IMG/VR virus record: IMGVR_UViG_3300038701_000543
DNA length: 34,262 nt
Source: a virus
Reading direction: 5' to 3' (one strand)
Shown here: positions 1 to 7,790 of the stretch, piece after piece
How the letters are laid out: every line of letters starts with the position of its first letter
Position numbering within the stretch: position 1 is the first letter of the stretch
Program-made: the position numbers and the translations under genes
Notes under the pieces: generated by a model
What the model was told of the DNA's origin: nothing
The model's input: the letters and a program-made list of their open reading frames with translations, nothing else
The model's database searches: none

Positions 1-127
1 GCTAAGCCTTTGATATCCCTATGTTTGAGAGTTAACATAATGGGTATTCTCGGACAACATGCCCGAATTTCCGGGGCCGCCACCCCCACCCTCGCCCAAA
101 CCGCCCGCCACTTCCTACTGCGATATG
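1..127. repeat. Terminal direct repeat, left copy (identical to 34136..34262)
   Basis: Bases 1-127 (gctaagcctttgatatccc...cttcctactgcgatatg) recur base-for-base at 34136-34262. The window therefore starts and ends with the same 127 nt, and the unique length is 34135 bp. Confidence 0.97.
10..38 (+). promoter_or_regulatory. Candidate sigma70-type promoter in the AT-rich island of the terminal repeat
   Basis: TTGATA (10-15), 17-nt spacer, TAACAT (33-38). It lies in the only conspicuously AT-rich stretch of this region and faces the ORF78/terL late genes. A second copy sits at 34145-34173. Confidence 0.3.
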
Positions 128-131
128 TCGG

Positions 132-368
132 GTGCTGAAAACATCCACGCTGTCTGAGGCCGCCGCAATGCCCGCACCGCCACTACACCCCGCTGTCCTC
201 GCGCACATGCAATCGATGCAGGACGACCTGGCAGAAATGACCCAGGACCCGGACAGCACCGACCCCTACGAAGCCCTCGAGGTCGCGCTCCTGCTGCTCG
301 ATCTCTACGAGCGCATCCTCGAGCAGCAGGGTCTGTTTGTCATAGAGCGCGCAGAACAGGTGCACTGA
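132..368 (+). CDS. Small acidic hypothetical protein translationally coupled to terL (start uncertain: GTG 132, ATG 168 or ATG 207)
   Basis: 78-codon ORF. Its stop TGA (366-368) overlaps the terL ATG (368-370) as TGATG. Third codon positions are G/C-rich in the distal half. No convincing SD sequence. Confidence 0.55.
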   Translation: MLKTSTLSEAAAMPAPPLHPAVLAHMQSMQDDLAEMTQDPDSTDPYEALEVALLLLDLYERILEQQGLFVIERAEQVH

Positions 369-1642
369 TGGAAATTGTGATCCCTTACGCCCCTCGACCG
401 CTGCAGCTGAGCCTGCATGCTGAGATGCAGGCCAAGCGCTGGGGGGTTGTCGTGTGCCATCGGCGCTTCGGCAAGACTGTCTGGGCGATCAATCACATTC
501 TGCGTGACGCCATCATGTGCGGGAGGCCGAATCCTCGGTACGCCTACATGGCCCCGACGTATCGGCAGGCCAAGAACGTGGCGTGGGATTATCTCAAGCA
601 GTTCGCGGGCGGGATCCCTGGGGTCAAGTTTCACGAGACGGAACTGCGGTGTGATTTGCCGACTGGTGCGAGGATAAGCCTGCTCGGCGCCGAAAATCCG
701 GACAGTTTGCGCGGCATTTACCTGGATGGTTGCGTGATGGACGAGGTTGCCCAGATGCCGGAGAACGTGTTCCCGGAGGTCATCCGCCCTGCCTTGTCGG
801 ACCGCAAGGGTTGGGCTGTGTTTGTCGGCACGCCGAAGGGTCACAATGCGTTTTTCGATTTGTACGAGGAGGCTGCGGCGGACGAGGGCTGGCTGTGCGC
901 GGTGTACAAGGCCAGCGAGACCGGGATTCTGGACGACGAGGAATTGCAGGCTGCTCGGCAGACGATGACGCATGACCAGTATCAGCAGGAGTTTGAGTGC
1001 AGTTGGAACGCGAATGTGCCTGGTGCGATTTACGGGAAGGAGTTGGAGGAGGCGCAGAACGCTGGTCGCATCACGAATGTTCCGTATGACCCGGCGCATC
1101 GGGTTGATACGTTCTGGGATCTGGGGGTTGGGGATAGTACGGCGATTTGGTTCACGCAGACGGTTGGGCGCGCGGTGCATGTGATTGATTTCTACGAGGC
1201 TCGGAACGAGGGGTTGCCGCATTACTGCAAGATCTTGACGGAGCGTCGGTATTTGTACGGGAGCCACAATGCCCCGCACGATATTGAGGTTCGCGAGCTT
1301 GGGAGTGGGAAGAGTCGGCGTGAGGTGGCTTGGGATCTTGGGTTGAATTTTCGGATTATTCCGAAGCTGCCGATCGAGGATGGTATCCATGCGGCGCAGT
1401 TGCTGATTCCTCGGCTGTGGTTTGACCGGGAGAAGACGAAGGTTGGGTTGGAGGCGCTGCGGCAGTATCACCGGGCGTATAATGAGCGCACGCGGAGTTT
1501 TCGGGCGGCGCCTGTGCATGACTGGACGAGTCACGCGGCGGATGCGTTTCGGTATTTGGCGGTTGGGATTCGGGAGACGGGGGATCGTGTGAAGCCGCCG
1601 CAGGTGCGTGCGGTGATGGACTACGATCCGTTTGCGGTGTGA
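368..1642 (+). CDS. terL: Terminase large subunit
   Basis: 424 aa. Walker A-like CHRRFGKT, Walker B-like LDGCVMDEVAQ, and GTPKG coupling motif. The C-terminal RNaseH-like nuclease half shows WDLGVGDSTAIWF, HNAPHD and HAADAFRY. Confidence 0.92.
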   Translation: MEIVIPYAPRPLQLSLHAEMQAKRWGVVVCHRRFGKTVWAINHILRDAIMCGRPNPRYAYMAPTYRQAKNVAWDYLKQFAGGIPGVKFHETELRCDLPTGARISLLGAENPDSLRGIYLDGCVMDEVAQMPENVFPEVIRPALSDRKGWAVFVGTPKGHNAFFDLYEEAAADEGWLCAVYKASETGILDDEELQAARQTMTHDQYQQEFECSWNANVPGAIYGKELEEAQNAGRITNVPYDPAHRVDTFWDLGVGDSTAIWFTQTVGRAVHVIDFYEARNEGLPHYCKILTERRYLYGSHNAPHDIEVRELGSGKSRREVAWDLGLNFRIIPKLPIEDGIHAAQLLIPRLWFDREKTKVGLEALRQYHRAYNERTRSFRAAPVHDWTSHAADAFRYLAVGIRETGDRVKPPQVRAVMDYDPFAV

Positions 1643-1649
1643 TGGAGGT

Positions 1650-2111
1650 ATGATGGAAGTTCGTCGGATAGGTCGGCCTGATTTTGAGGCTGTGTATTTG
1701 CTTGGCGCTGAGATGAGGCGTGAGGGTTTGTTCCGCGCGGTTGAGTATGACCGTGGCAAGGTGTTTGAGTTTTTGGGTAAGTATGTGTCGGAGCCTGACG
1801 TGAACTATGGGGTTGTGGCTTATTCTGGTGGTGAGTTGGTTGGTTTTTTCATGGGATATGTCTCGGAGTACTTTTTTGGCCGAAATTTGATTGCGACTGA
1901 GGTGTTGTGGTATGTCGCGCCGTCTGTTCGCGGTGGTGCTTTGGGCGTAAGGTTGCTGCAAGGCTTTGAGGATTGGGCGCGTGATCTTGGTGTTTCTGAG
2001 GTCTGCGTGGGGATTTGGATGGGTGTTGAGCCTGATCGCATTGGCTTGTTGCTTGATCGGCGCGGGTATGTTCACGCTGGTGGTAATTACAAGCTACCTG
2101 TTGTAATGTGA
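1650..2111 (+). CDS. GNAT-family N-acetyltransferase
   Basis: 153 aa. GNAT-like core ...GELVGFFMGY...WYVAPSVRGGALGVRLLQGFEDWARDLG..., with RGGALG in the position of acetyl-CoA motif A (one deviation from R/Q-x-x-G-x-G/A). GGAGG at 1644-1648; the start could be ATG 1650 or 1653. Confidence 0.75.
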   Translation: MMEVRRIGRPDFEAVYLLGAEMRREGLFRAVEYDRGKVFEFLGKYVSEPDVNYGVVAYSGGELVGFFMGYVSEYFFGRNLIATEVLWYVAPSVRGGALGVRLLQGFEDWARDLGVSEVCVGIWMGVEPDRIGLLLDRRGYVHAGGNYKLPVVM

Positions 2112-2134
2112 CGGCGGATTTCTGGAGGTTTGCC

Positions 2135-2806
2135 ATGATCAACTGCTTCATGCCTGGGAAGATCGAGCTGCTTCGCTGTTTTGGCGGCGGCGGCGGCGGC
2201 GGTGGTAGTGACAGCAGCAGCGGCGGCTACACGAGCATCAGGGACCGTTTTGACGGCGGCGGGCCTGGCGCGTCGGGCGGTGCGTTTCAGGGTGGCGGGA
2301 TCATTTCCTCGGCGGCCAACCGCGTGACGGGCCGCACGGATACTGGAACGGCGACTGAGAATGCGCCGACCGAGACGACCCGCCCCGCTGCCCGGCCCAC
2401 GACGTCCACTGGCGGTGCAACGCCTGGGATGTCGGCGGCTGACATTGCCGCGGAGACTGCCGCCACCTCGACGCCCAGTGGTCGCGGCAGCCTGATCAGC
2501 GCGGTGTCTCAGCCGCCGCCCCAGCCGTCGTCTGGCTCGGACGACAACCGTCCGGCACCTGCACCTGCACCTGCACCTGCGCCTGCTCCCACCCCTGCAC
2601 CTGTCCCGGTGCGTCCGCCTGCGCCTGTGCTGACTGAGGCGCAGCGTGATCAGAAGGTTGCCGAGGCGGCCCAGGAGGCGGATGCGCGGGCGCGTCGGCT
2701 TGGCCTGGCGCAGTTGGTTGCGACGTCGATGCGGGGCCTTCTGTCTGGCGGTGAGGGCACGACGCGTCGGCGGCGCAGCCTGATGGGCGGGGGTTTGATC
2801 CGATGA
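2135..2806 (+). CDS. Gly/Ser/Pro/Ala-rich, probably disordered protein (function unknown)
   Basis: 223 aa starting at ATG 2135, with GGAGG at 2124-2128. It contains a G8 run, a (PA)n tract PAPAPAPAPAPTPAPVP and a basic C-terminus RRRRSLMGGGLIR. Third positions are G/C-rich. Confidence 0.7.
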   Translation: MINCFMPGKIELLRCFGGGGGGGGSDSSSGGYTSIRDRFDGGGPGASGGAFQGGGIISSAANRVTGRTDTGTATENAPTETTRPAARPTTSTGGATPGMSAADIAAETAATSTPSGRGSLISAVSQPPPQPSSGSDDNRPAPAPAPAPAPAPTPAPVPVRPPAPVLTEAQRDQKVAEAAQEADARARRLGLAQLVATSMRGLLSGGEGTTRRRRSLMGGGLIR

Positions 2807-3012
2807 TGCGCGACGGGTACAAGCGGCAGTCTGGCCGCATGGGCGCGATGGCGTCTCAGCCGACGCAGGGCATTTCGTCGGCGATGACGGTGGACCCGTT
2901 GGAGCGTCTGAACCAGCGCATAGCTGGTCGGATGGAGGGCGGCGACATGCGGAAGCAGAAGAAGCAGAGCCGCGTTCGGCAGAGCCTGATGGCTAATTAC
3001 GGGGGCATGTGA
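2803..3012 (+). CDS. Hypothetical small basic protein
   Basis: 69 aa. ATGA overlap with the upstream gene and TGATG overlap with the portal gene. G/C-rich third positions. Confidence 0.65.
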   Translation: MMRDGYKRQSGRMGAMASQPTQGISSAMTVDPLERLNQRIAGRMEGGDMRKQKKQSRVRQSLMANYGGM

Positions 3013-4634
3013 TGGCGAGTGTAGATCCGCTGGTTTCTCGTTTGGATCGCCGATATCGGGATCTGGCCAATGCGCGCACCAACTGGGAGAAGCACTGGCA
3101 GGAGCTGGCGGACTACATGCTGCCGCGCAAGGCGGACATCGTGAAGAAGCGCACGCAGGGCGACAAGCGCACCGAGCTGATTTACGATGGCACGGCGATT
3201 CATGCGGTGGAGCTTTTGGCGTCGTCTCTGCACGGGATGCTGACGTCGCCCAGCACGCCTTGGTTTTCGATGCGGTTCCGCGATCGGGACCTGCAGAACG
3301 ACGACGCGGCTAACGAGTGGCTCGAGGTCTGCATAGACCAGATGTACCAGGCGTTTCACCGCTCGAACTTCCAGCAGGAGGTGCACGAGCTGTACTTCGA
3401 CCTGGTCGTGTTCGGCACGGGTGCGATCTACGTCGAGGCTGCCGAGGACGGCGTTCGGTTTGGCACGCGCCACATTGCCGAGATCTCGATATCTGAGGAC
3501 GCCAACGGGCTGGTCGATACGGTTTATCGCAAGTTCAAGATGACGGCTCGTGCGATCGAGCAGCAGTTCGGGAAGGACAAGCTGCCGCCTGCCGTGCTGA
3601 AGGACGTCGAGAACAGCCCGTACACTGAGCATACGATTCTGCATGCGGTCTACCCCCGCAGCGACAAGCCTGGCCGCGTGGCGAACAAGAAGCGTGTTGC
3701 GTCGGTGTATTACCACATGGACAGCAAGGCGTTGCTGTCTGAGGGCGGGTTTGACGATTTCCCGTTCATGGTGCCGCGGTTCGTGAAGGACAGCGTGTCG
3801 GTGTACGGGCGCTCACCCGCCATGACCGCGTTGCCCGATGTGAAAATGCTTAACAAGATGAGCGAGGTCACGATCCGGGCGGCTCAGAAGCAGATCGACC
3901 CGCCGCTGATGGTCCCGGATGACGGGTTCATCATGCCGATCAGGACCACGCCTGGGTCGCTGAATTTCTATCGTGCGGGCACGCGCGATCGGATGGAACC
4001 GCTGAACATCGGCGCGAACAACCCGCTCGGGTTGAACATGGAGGAGCAGCGCCGCGCGGCGATCCGGCAGGCGTTCTACGTGGACCAGCTGTTGCTGGCG
4101 CAGGGTCAGACCATGACGGCGACCGAGGTGCTGCAGCGGAACGAAGAGAAGATGCGGCTGCTCGGTCCTGTTCTGGGTCGCCTGCAGTCCGAGATGCTGC
4201 AGCCGCTGATCTCTCGGGTGTTCGGCATCCTGCTGCGCAATGGCGTGCTGCCGCCTGCACCGGATGAGCTGCAGGGGCAGGACATCGAGATCGAGTATGT
4301 GTCGCCGCTTGCCAAGGCGCAGAAGCTGACGGACCTGCAGTCGATGCTGCGCGGCTTCGAGGTGATGATGCAGATCGCCGAGGTTGCCCCGGTGATGGAC
4401 TACTTGGACAGTGACAAGCTGGTGAAGTACCTGGTTGATACGACCGGGATCCCGGCGACGGTGATCAGGTCGGATGAAGAGGTCGCGCGGATGCGCCGGC
4501 AGGCTCAGCAGCAGCAGCAGCAGCAGAGCGAGCTGGAGACGCAGATGATGCAGGCCGAGGCGCTGGGCAGCGCGGCTCCGATGGTCAAGGCTCTGGGTGG
4601 CCCCCAGGCGCTTGAGGGGATTACCCAGGCATGA
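3012..4634 (+). CDS. Portal (head-to-tail connector) protein, T7 gp8-like
   Basis: 540 aa. The N-terminal segment ...WEKHWQELADYMLPRKADI...TELIYDGTAIHAVELLASSLHGMLTSPSTPWFSMRF is typical of podovirus head-tail connector proteins. It sits between terminase and scaffold and has a poly-Q tract near the C-terminus. Confidence 0.88.
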   Translation: MASVDPLVSRLDRRYRDLANARTNWEKHWQELADYMLPRKADIVKKRTQGDKRTELIYDGTAIHAVELLASSLHGMLTSPSTPWFSMRFRDRDLQNDDAANEWLEVCIDQMYQAFHRSNFQQEVHELYFDLVVFGTGAIYVEAAEDGVRFGTRHIAEISISEDANGLVDTVYRKFKMTARAIEQQFGKDKLPPAVLKDVENSPYTEHTILHAVYPRSDKPGRVANKKRVASVYYHMDSKALLSEGGFDDFPFMVPRFVKDSVSVYGRSPAMTALPDVKMLNKMSEVTIRAAQKQIDPPLMVPDDGFIMPIRTTPGSLNFYRAGTRDRMEPLNIGANNPLGLNMEEQRRAAIRQAFYVDQLLLAQGQTMTATEVLQRNEEKMRLLGPVLGRLQSEMLQPLISRVFGILLRNGVLPPAPDELQGQDIEIEYVSPLAKAQKLTDLQSMLRGFEVMMQIAEVAPVMDYLDSDKLVKYLVDTTGIPATVIRSDEEVARMRRQAQQQQQQQSELETQMMQAEALGSAAPMVKALGGPQALEGITQA

Positions 4635-4846
4635 ACAAGAAGATCGAAGAGCTGAAGCTGGCGTATCGCCGGACGTTCAACACGGATGACGGCCAGGAAG
4701 TTCTGGCCGATCTGAAGAAGCGCTTCTCGTTTGAGGCGACGACATTTGTTTCGGGCGATCCACAAACATCTGCTTTCAACGAGGGACAGCGCGCAGCCGT
4801 GCTGCTGATCGTCCGAATGCTGTCCGAGGAAAAGGAAAGAGTATGA
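4631..4846 (+). CDS. Small conserved-looking phage protein between portal and scaffold
   Basis: 71 aa, with ATGA overlaps on both sides. Confidence 0.7.
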   Translation: MNKKIEELKLAYRRTFNTDDGQEVLADLKKRFSFEATTFVSGDPQTSAFNEGQRAAVLLIVRMLSEEKERV

Positions 4847-5658
4847 GCGAAGAGGCAACCCAGGAATCTGGATCTCAGGAAGTCGCGTCTGCACCGGCGG
4901 CTCCGGCTGCCGCACCGGTTGGGTTTCTTGACAGCCTGCCGGAAGATTTGCGCCAGGAGCCGAGCCTGCGCAATTTCACCGACCCGACCATGCTGGCGAA
5001 GAGCTACGTGCATGCGCAGCGCATGATCGGGGCGGACAAGATTCCGCTGCCCGGCAAATCGGCGACGGATGAGGACTGGGCGAATGTGTGGGCCAAGCTG
5101 GGCCGCCCGCAAACGCCGGACGAATATCAGCTGCAGTTCGAGAACCCCGTGTTTTCGGACAGCGAGCTTGAGGGCTTTCGGAAGTCTGCTTTTGAGGCCG
5201 GCCTGAACAACCGCCAGGTGGACCGGATGGCCCGGTTCCTGGAGGAGGCTGTGACCGGCGCCAACGCGTCACGATCGGAGATGGCCGAGAAGGCAGTGTA
5301 CGAGGCTGAGCAGGAGCTGCGGCAGGAGTTCGGCCAGGCGTTCGAGCAGCGCATGGGGCTGGCGTACAACGCGGCCAAGCAGCTGCTTGGGGATGCCGGC
5401 CTGCTGGACGAGGTGCAGCTGTCTGATGGCCGGATGCTGGGCGATCACCCGCAGGTCGTGCGCATGTTTGCCAAGCTGGCCGAGCAGATCGGCGAAGACC
5501 AATTGCTGGGTGAATCGAGTGAGCTGATTATGACGCCGCAGGAGGCAAATCAGCGCATTTCAGAGATGACTAGACGGGACAGCCCATATTGGGATAAACT
5601 GCATCCTGAACATGACACATACGTCGAGGAAGTCTTGCGACTTCGAGAGTATGTTTGA
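4843..5658 (+). CDS. Scaffolding protein (positional call)
   Basis: 271 aa, acidic, with Ala/Glu/Leu-rich helical composition. It lies between the portal and major capsid genes. Confidence 0.65.
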   Translation: MSEEATQESGSQEVASAPAAPAAAPVGFLDSLPEDLRQEPSLRNFTDPTMLAKSYVHAQRMIGADKIPLPGKSATDEDWANVWAKLGRPQTPDEYQLQFENPVFSDSELEGFRKSAFEAGLNNRQVDRMARFLEEAVTGANASRSEMAEKAVYEAEQELRQEFGQAFEQRMGLAYNAAKQLLGDAGLLDEVQLSDGRMLGDHPQVVRMFAKLAEQIGEDQLLGESSELIMTPQEANQRISEMTRRDSPYWDKLHPEHDTYVEEVLRLREYV

Positions 5659-5793
5659 TGTGGCGGACAATCCTCGGACCCGCCGGGCATACCGATCAGA
5701 TCGGTGGAGTAGCGGCCCTAAGCAGCAAGCACGGCCCCGCCTTTGGGACAACCGAGCGTAGCACCCTGAAACCTTTGTTGGAGTGAAAGACTG

Positions 5794-6654
5794 ATGTCTA
5801 CCCAAATCACTACGGCATTCGTCAATCAGTTTTCCTCGAACATCCAGATGCTCTCGCAGCAGATGGGTTCGCTGCTGCGCAACGCGGTGGACGTGGAGAC
5901 TGTGAACGGCGAAAAAGCCTTCTTCGACCAAGTCGGCAGCGCGGCTGCTGTCCTGCGCACCACCCGTCACGCTGACACCCCGCTGGTTGATACGCCGCAT
6001 TCGCGTCGCATGGTCACCATGTCGGACTACGAGTACGCCGACCTGATCGACGATCAGGACAAGGTGCGCCTGCTCGTGGACCCGACTTCGACCTATGCCC
6101 GCGCTGCTGCTGCAGCTATGGGCCGGGCGATGGATGACGTGATCATCTCGGCTGCCCTCGGCAGCGCGCTGACCGGCAAGGACGGCACCACCTCGACCTC
6201 GTTCGACAGCAACAACCAGATCGCCGTAGGCGCCGCTGGTCTGACGCTGGCGAAGCTGATCGAAGCCAAAGAGATCCTCGACAGCAACGATGTGGATCCG
6301 TCGATCCCGCGTTACATCGCAGTTTCTCCGAAGCAGATCACGAACCTGTTGGATGACCCCGAGGTGACCTCGGCTGACTACAACACCGTTCGTGCGCTGG
6401 TTAAGGGCGAGCTGGACACCTACGTCGGCTTCAAGTTCATCACGACCAACCGCCTCGGCCTCGACGGCTCGGGCGATCGTCGCTGCTTTGCTTGGGCGAT
6501 GGACGGCATCAAGCTGGCCGTTGGCAAAGAGCCGACTGCCCGCATCGACGAGCGCGCGGACAAGTCGTACGCGACCCAGGTCTACTACTGCATGTCGGTC
6601 GGCGCGACCCGCATGGAGGAGGCCAAGGTCGTCGAGATCATCTGCGACGAATAA
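5794..6654 (+). CDS. Major capsid protein (HK97 fold; P22-coat-like family from memory)
   Basis: 286 aa, starting MSTQITTAFVNQFSSNIQMLSQQMGSLLRNAV...HSRRMVTMSDYEYADLIDDQDKVRLLVDP.... Preceded by a 135-nt leader with SD ttggagtgaaag. G/C at 31 of the first 40 third positions. Confidence 0.85.
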   Translation: MSTQITTAFVNQFSSNIQMLSQQMGSLLRNAVDVETVNGEKAFFDQVGSAAAVLRTTRHADTPLVDTPHSRRMVTMSDYEYADLIDDQDKVRLLVDPTSTYARAAAAAMGRAMDDVIISAALGSALTGKDGTTSTSFDSNNQIAVGAAGLTLAKLIEAKEILDSNDVDPSIPRYIAVSPKQITNLLDDPEVTSADYNTVRALVKGELDTYVGFKFITTNRLGLDGSGDRRCFAWAMDGIKLAVGKEPTARIDERADKSYATQVYYCMSVGATRMEEAKVVEIICDE

Positions 6655-6667
6655 GGAGAGCTGACCA

Positions 6668-7129
6668 ATGGCTACTGTCTACTCCGCGCAGCGCACCAAC
6701 GCTCTCGCAAGCCCTATTGTGAACAATAAGGCGAACGAGATGGGCGGTCGCGTCCGCATCGCGCACGGCACCTACGAGGCATCGGCGCTGGCATCCGGCG
6801 ATGTGATCGAGATGTTCACCCTGCCCAACGGCGCACGGCTGATCCGCGGCTCTCTGGCGTACGACGCGCTCGGGGCCTCGACCACGCTGTCTGTCGGCTA
6901 CGCGGCGCACGTGTCGTCGGCTGGTGCGGCTGTCAACGCCTCGGCGGCTGCCTACAAGGCGGCTGCGTCCACCGCGTCGGCCGGCAAGGTGGACGTCCTG
7001 GCAACCCTGGCGCTCGGCTCGGGCACCGAGGTTGACGCGAACGAGGACGGCATGGTTGTGACGGCGACGATGGGCGGTGCGGCTGGCACCGGCACCATCG
7101 AGCTGACCATCATGTACGCGATCGACTGA
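6668..7129 (+). CDS. Capsid-associated protein (possible decoration/cement protein; positional)
   Basis: 153 aa, Ala/Gly/Ser-rich, immediately after the capsid gene with SD aaggagag. Followed by a strong hairpin. Confidence 0.6.
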   Translation: MATVYSAQRTNALASPIVNNKANEMGGRVRIAHGTYEASALASGDVIEMFTLPNGARLIRGSLAYDALGASTTLSVGYAAHVSSAGAAVNASAAAYKAAASTASAGKVDVLATLALGSGTEVDANEDGMVVTATMGGAAGTGTIELTIMYAID

Positions 7130-7133
7130 TCGA

Positions 7134-7163
7134 CTGGCGGGGCGGCTGAAGCTGCCCCGCCAG
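7134..7163 (+). terminator. GC-rich hairpin after the capsid module (attenuator/terminator or RNA stabiliser)
   Basis: ctggcggggcggc-tgaa-gctgccccgccag forms a 13-bp stem (one G.U pair) with a TGAA loop. There is no U-run, so readthrough into the tail genes is likely. Confidence 0.5.
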
Positions 7164-7184
7164 CATATGCGCGGAGGGTGAGGC

Positions 7185-7790
7185 GTGACGAGTACGGTGT
7201 CGATCGTAAACAACGCGCTGAACATCATTGGCGCGTCGAACATCACTGAGCTGGAGGAGAACTCCAAGACGGCTCGCGTGATGAACCAGATGTATGAAAG
7301 CATCCGGGACGACGTCTTCCGTGCGCATCCTTGGAACTGCCTGATTCGTCGGGCGAACCTGGCGCAGAGTGTGGACACGCCTGCGTTCGACTACGCGTAC
7401 CAGTACGCCTTGCCGACTGACCCGTACTGCCTTCGGGTTCTGGAGTTTCAGAACGGGTCGATGACGTACCCGTACGAGAACCTGGTTGGGCAGGGCAACA
7501 AGCCGTTCTTCGTTATTGAGGGGCGCAACATCCTGACGGACAGCGGCACGGCGCGCATCAAGTACATCGCTCGGATCACTGACCCGTCGCAGTACGACGC
7601 CGGTCTGATCTCGGTGCTGGCCGCTCGCCTCGCTTCTGAGGCGGCTTACGCGATCACCGGCTCCACGTCTGTCGTGCAGCTCGCGGACGCGCTGTACGAG
7701 CGCAAGCTGCGCGAGGCGCGGTTCTCCGATGCGACGGAAAATGCGACGGTTCGGCTGGAAGCGAGTGACTTTATCGAAGCGAGGTTCTGA
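7185..7790 (+). CDS. Tail tubular protein A / adaptor (T7 gp11-like)
   Basis: 201 aa with GTG start and SD ggagggtgagg. The N-terminus ...IVNNALNIIGASNITELEENSKTARVMNQMYESIRDDVFRAHPW is typical of podovirus gp11-type proteins. Sits directly upstream of the nozzle gene. Confidence 0.7.
   Translation: MTSTVSIVNNALNIIGASNITELEENSKTARVMNQMYESIRDDVFRAHPWNCLIRRANLAQSVDTPAFDYAYQYALPTDPYCLRVLEFQNGSMTYPYENLVGQGNKPFFVIEGRNILTDSGTARIKYIARITDPSQYDAGLISVLAARLASEAAYAITGSTSVVQLADALYERKLREARFSDATENATVRLEASDFIEARF

Noticed and set aside
305-1759. Very long antisense ORFs opposite well-supported genes. Examples: 305-1759 (-), 10659-12038 (-), 13318-14712 (-), 16608-18572 (-) and 29615-31036 (-).
   Set aside because: They mirror genes with clear motifs (terminase, internal proteins, fibre, primase). 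Their Arg/Pro/His-rich, low-complexity composition is typical of off-frame reading of GC-rich DNA. They lack SD sequences and break the operon logic.
5659-5793. 135-nt leader upstream of the major capsid gene with small hairpins (ccgat-cag-atcgg, ggcgg...ccgcc), considered as a promoter or terminator.
   Set aside because: The stems are only 5 bp. There is no recognisable -35/-10 pair or U-tract. It may be a processing or translation-enhancing leader, but nothing specific can be supported.
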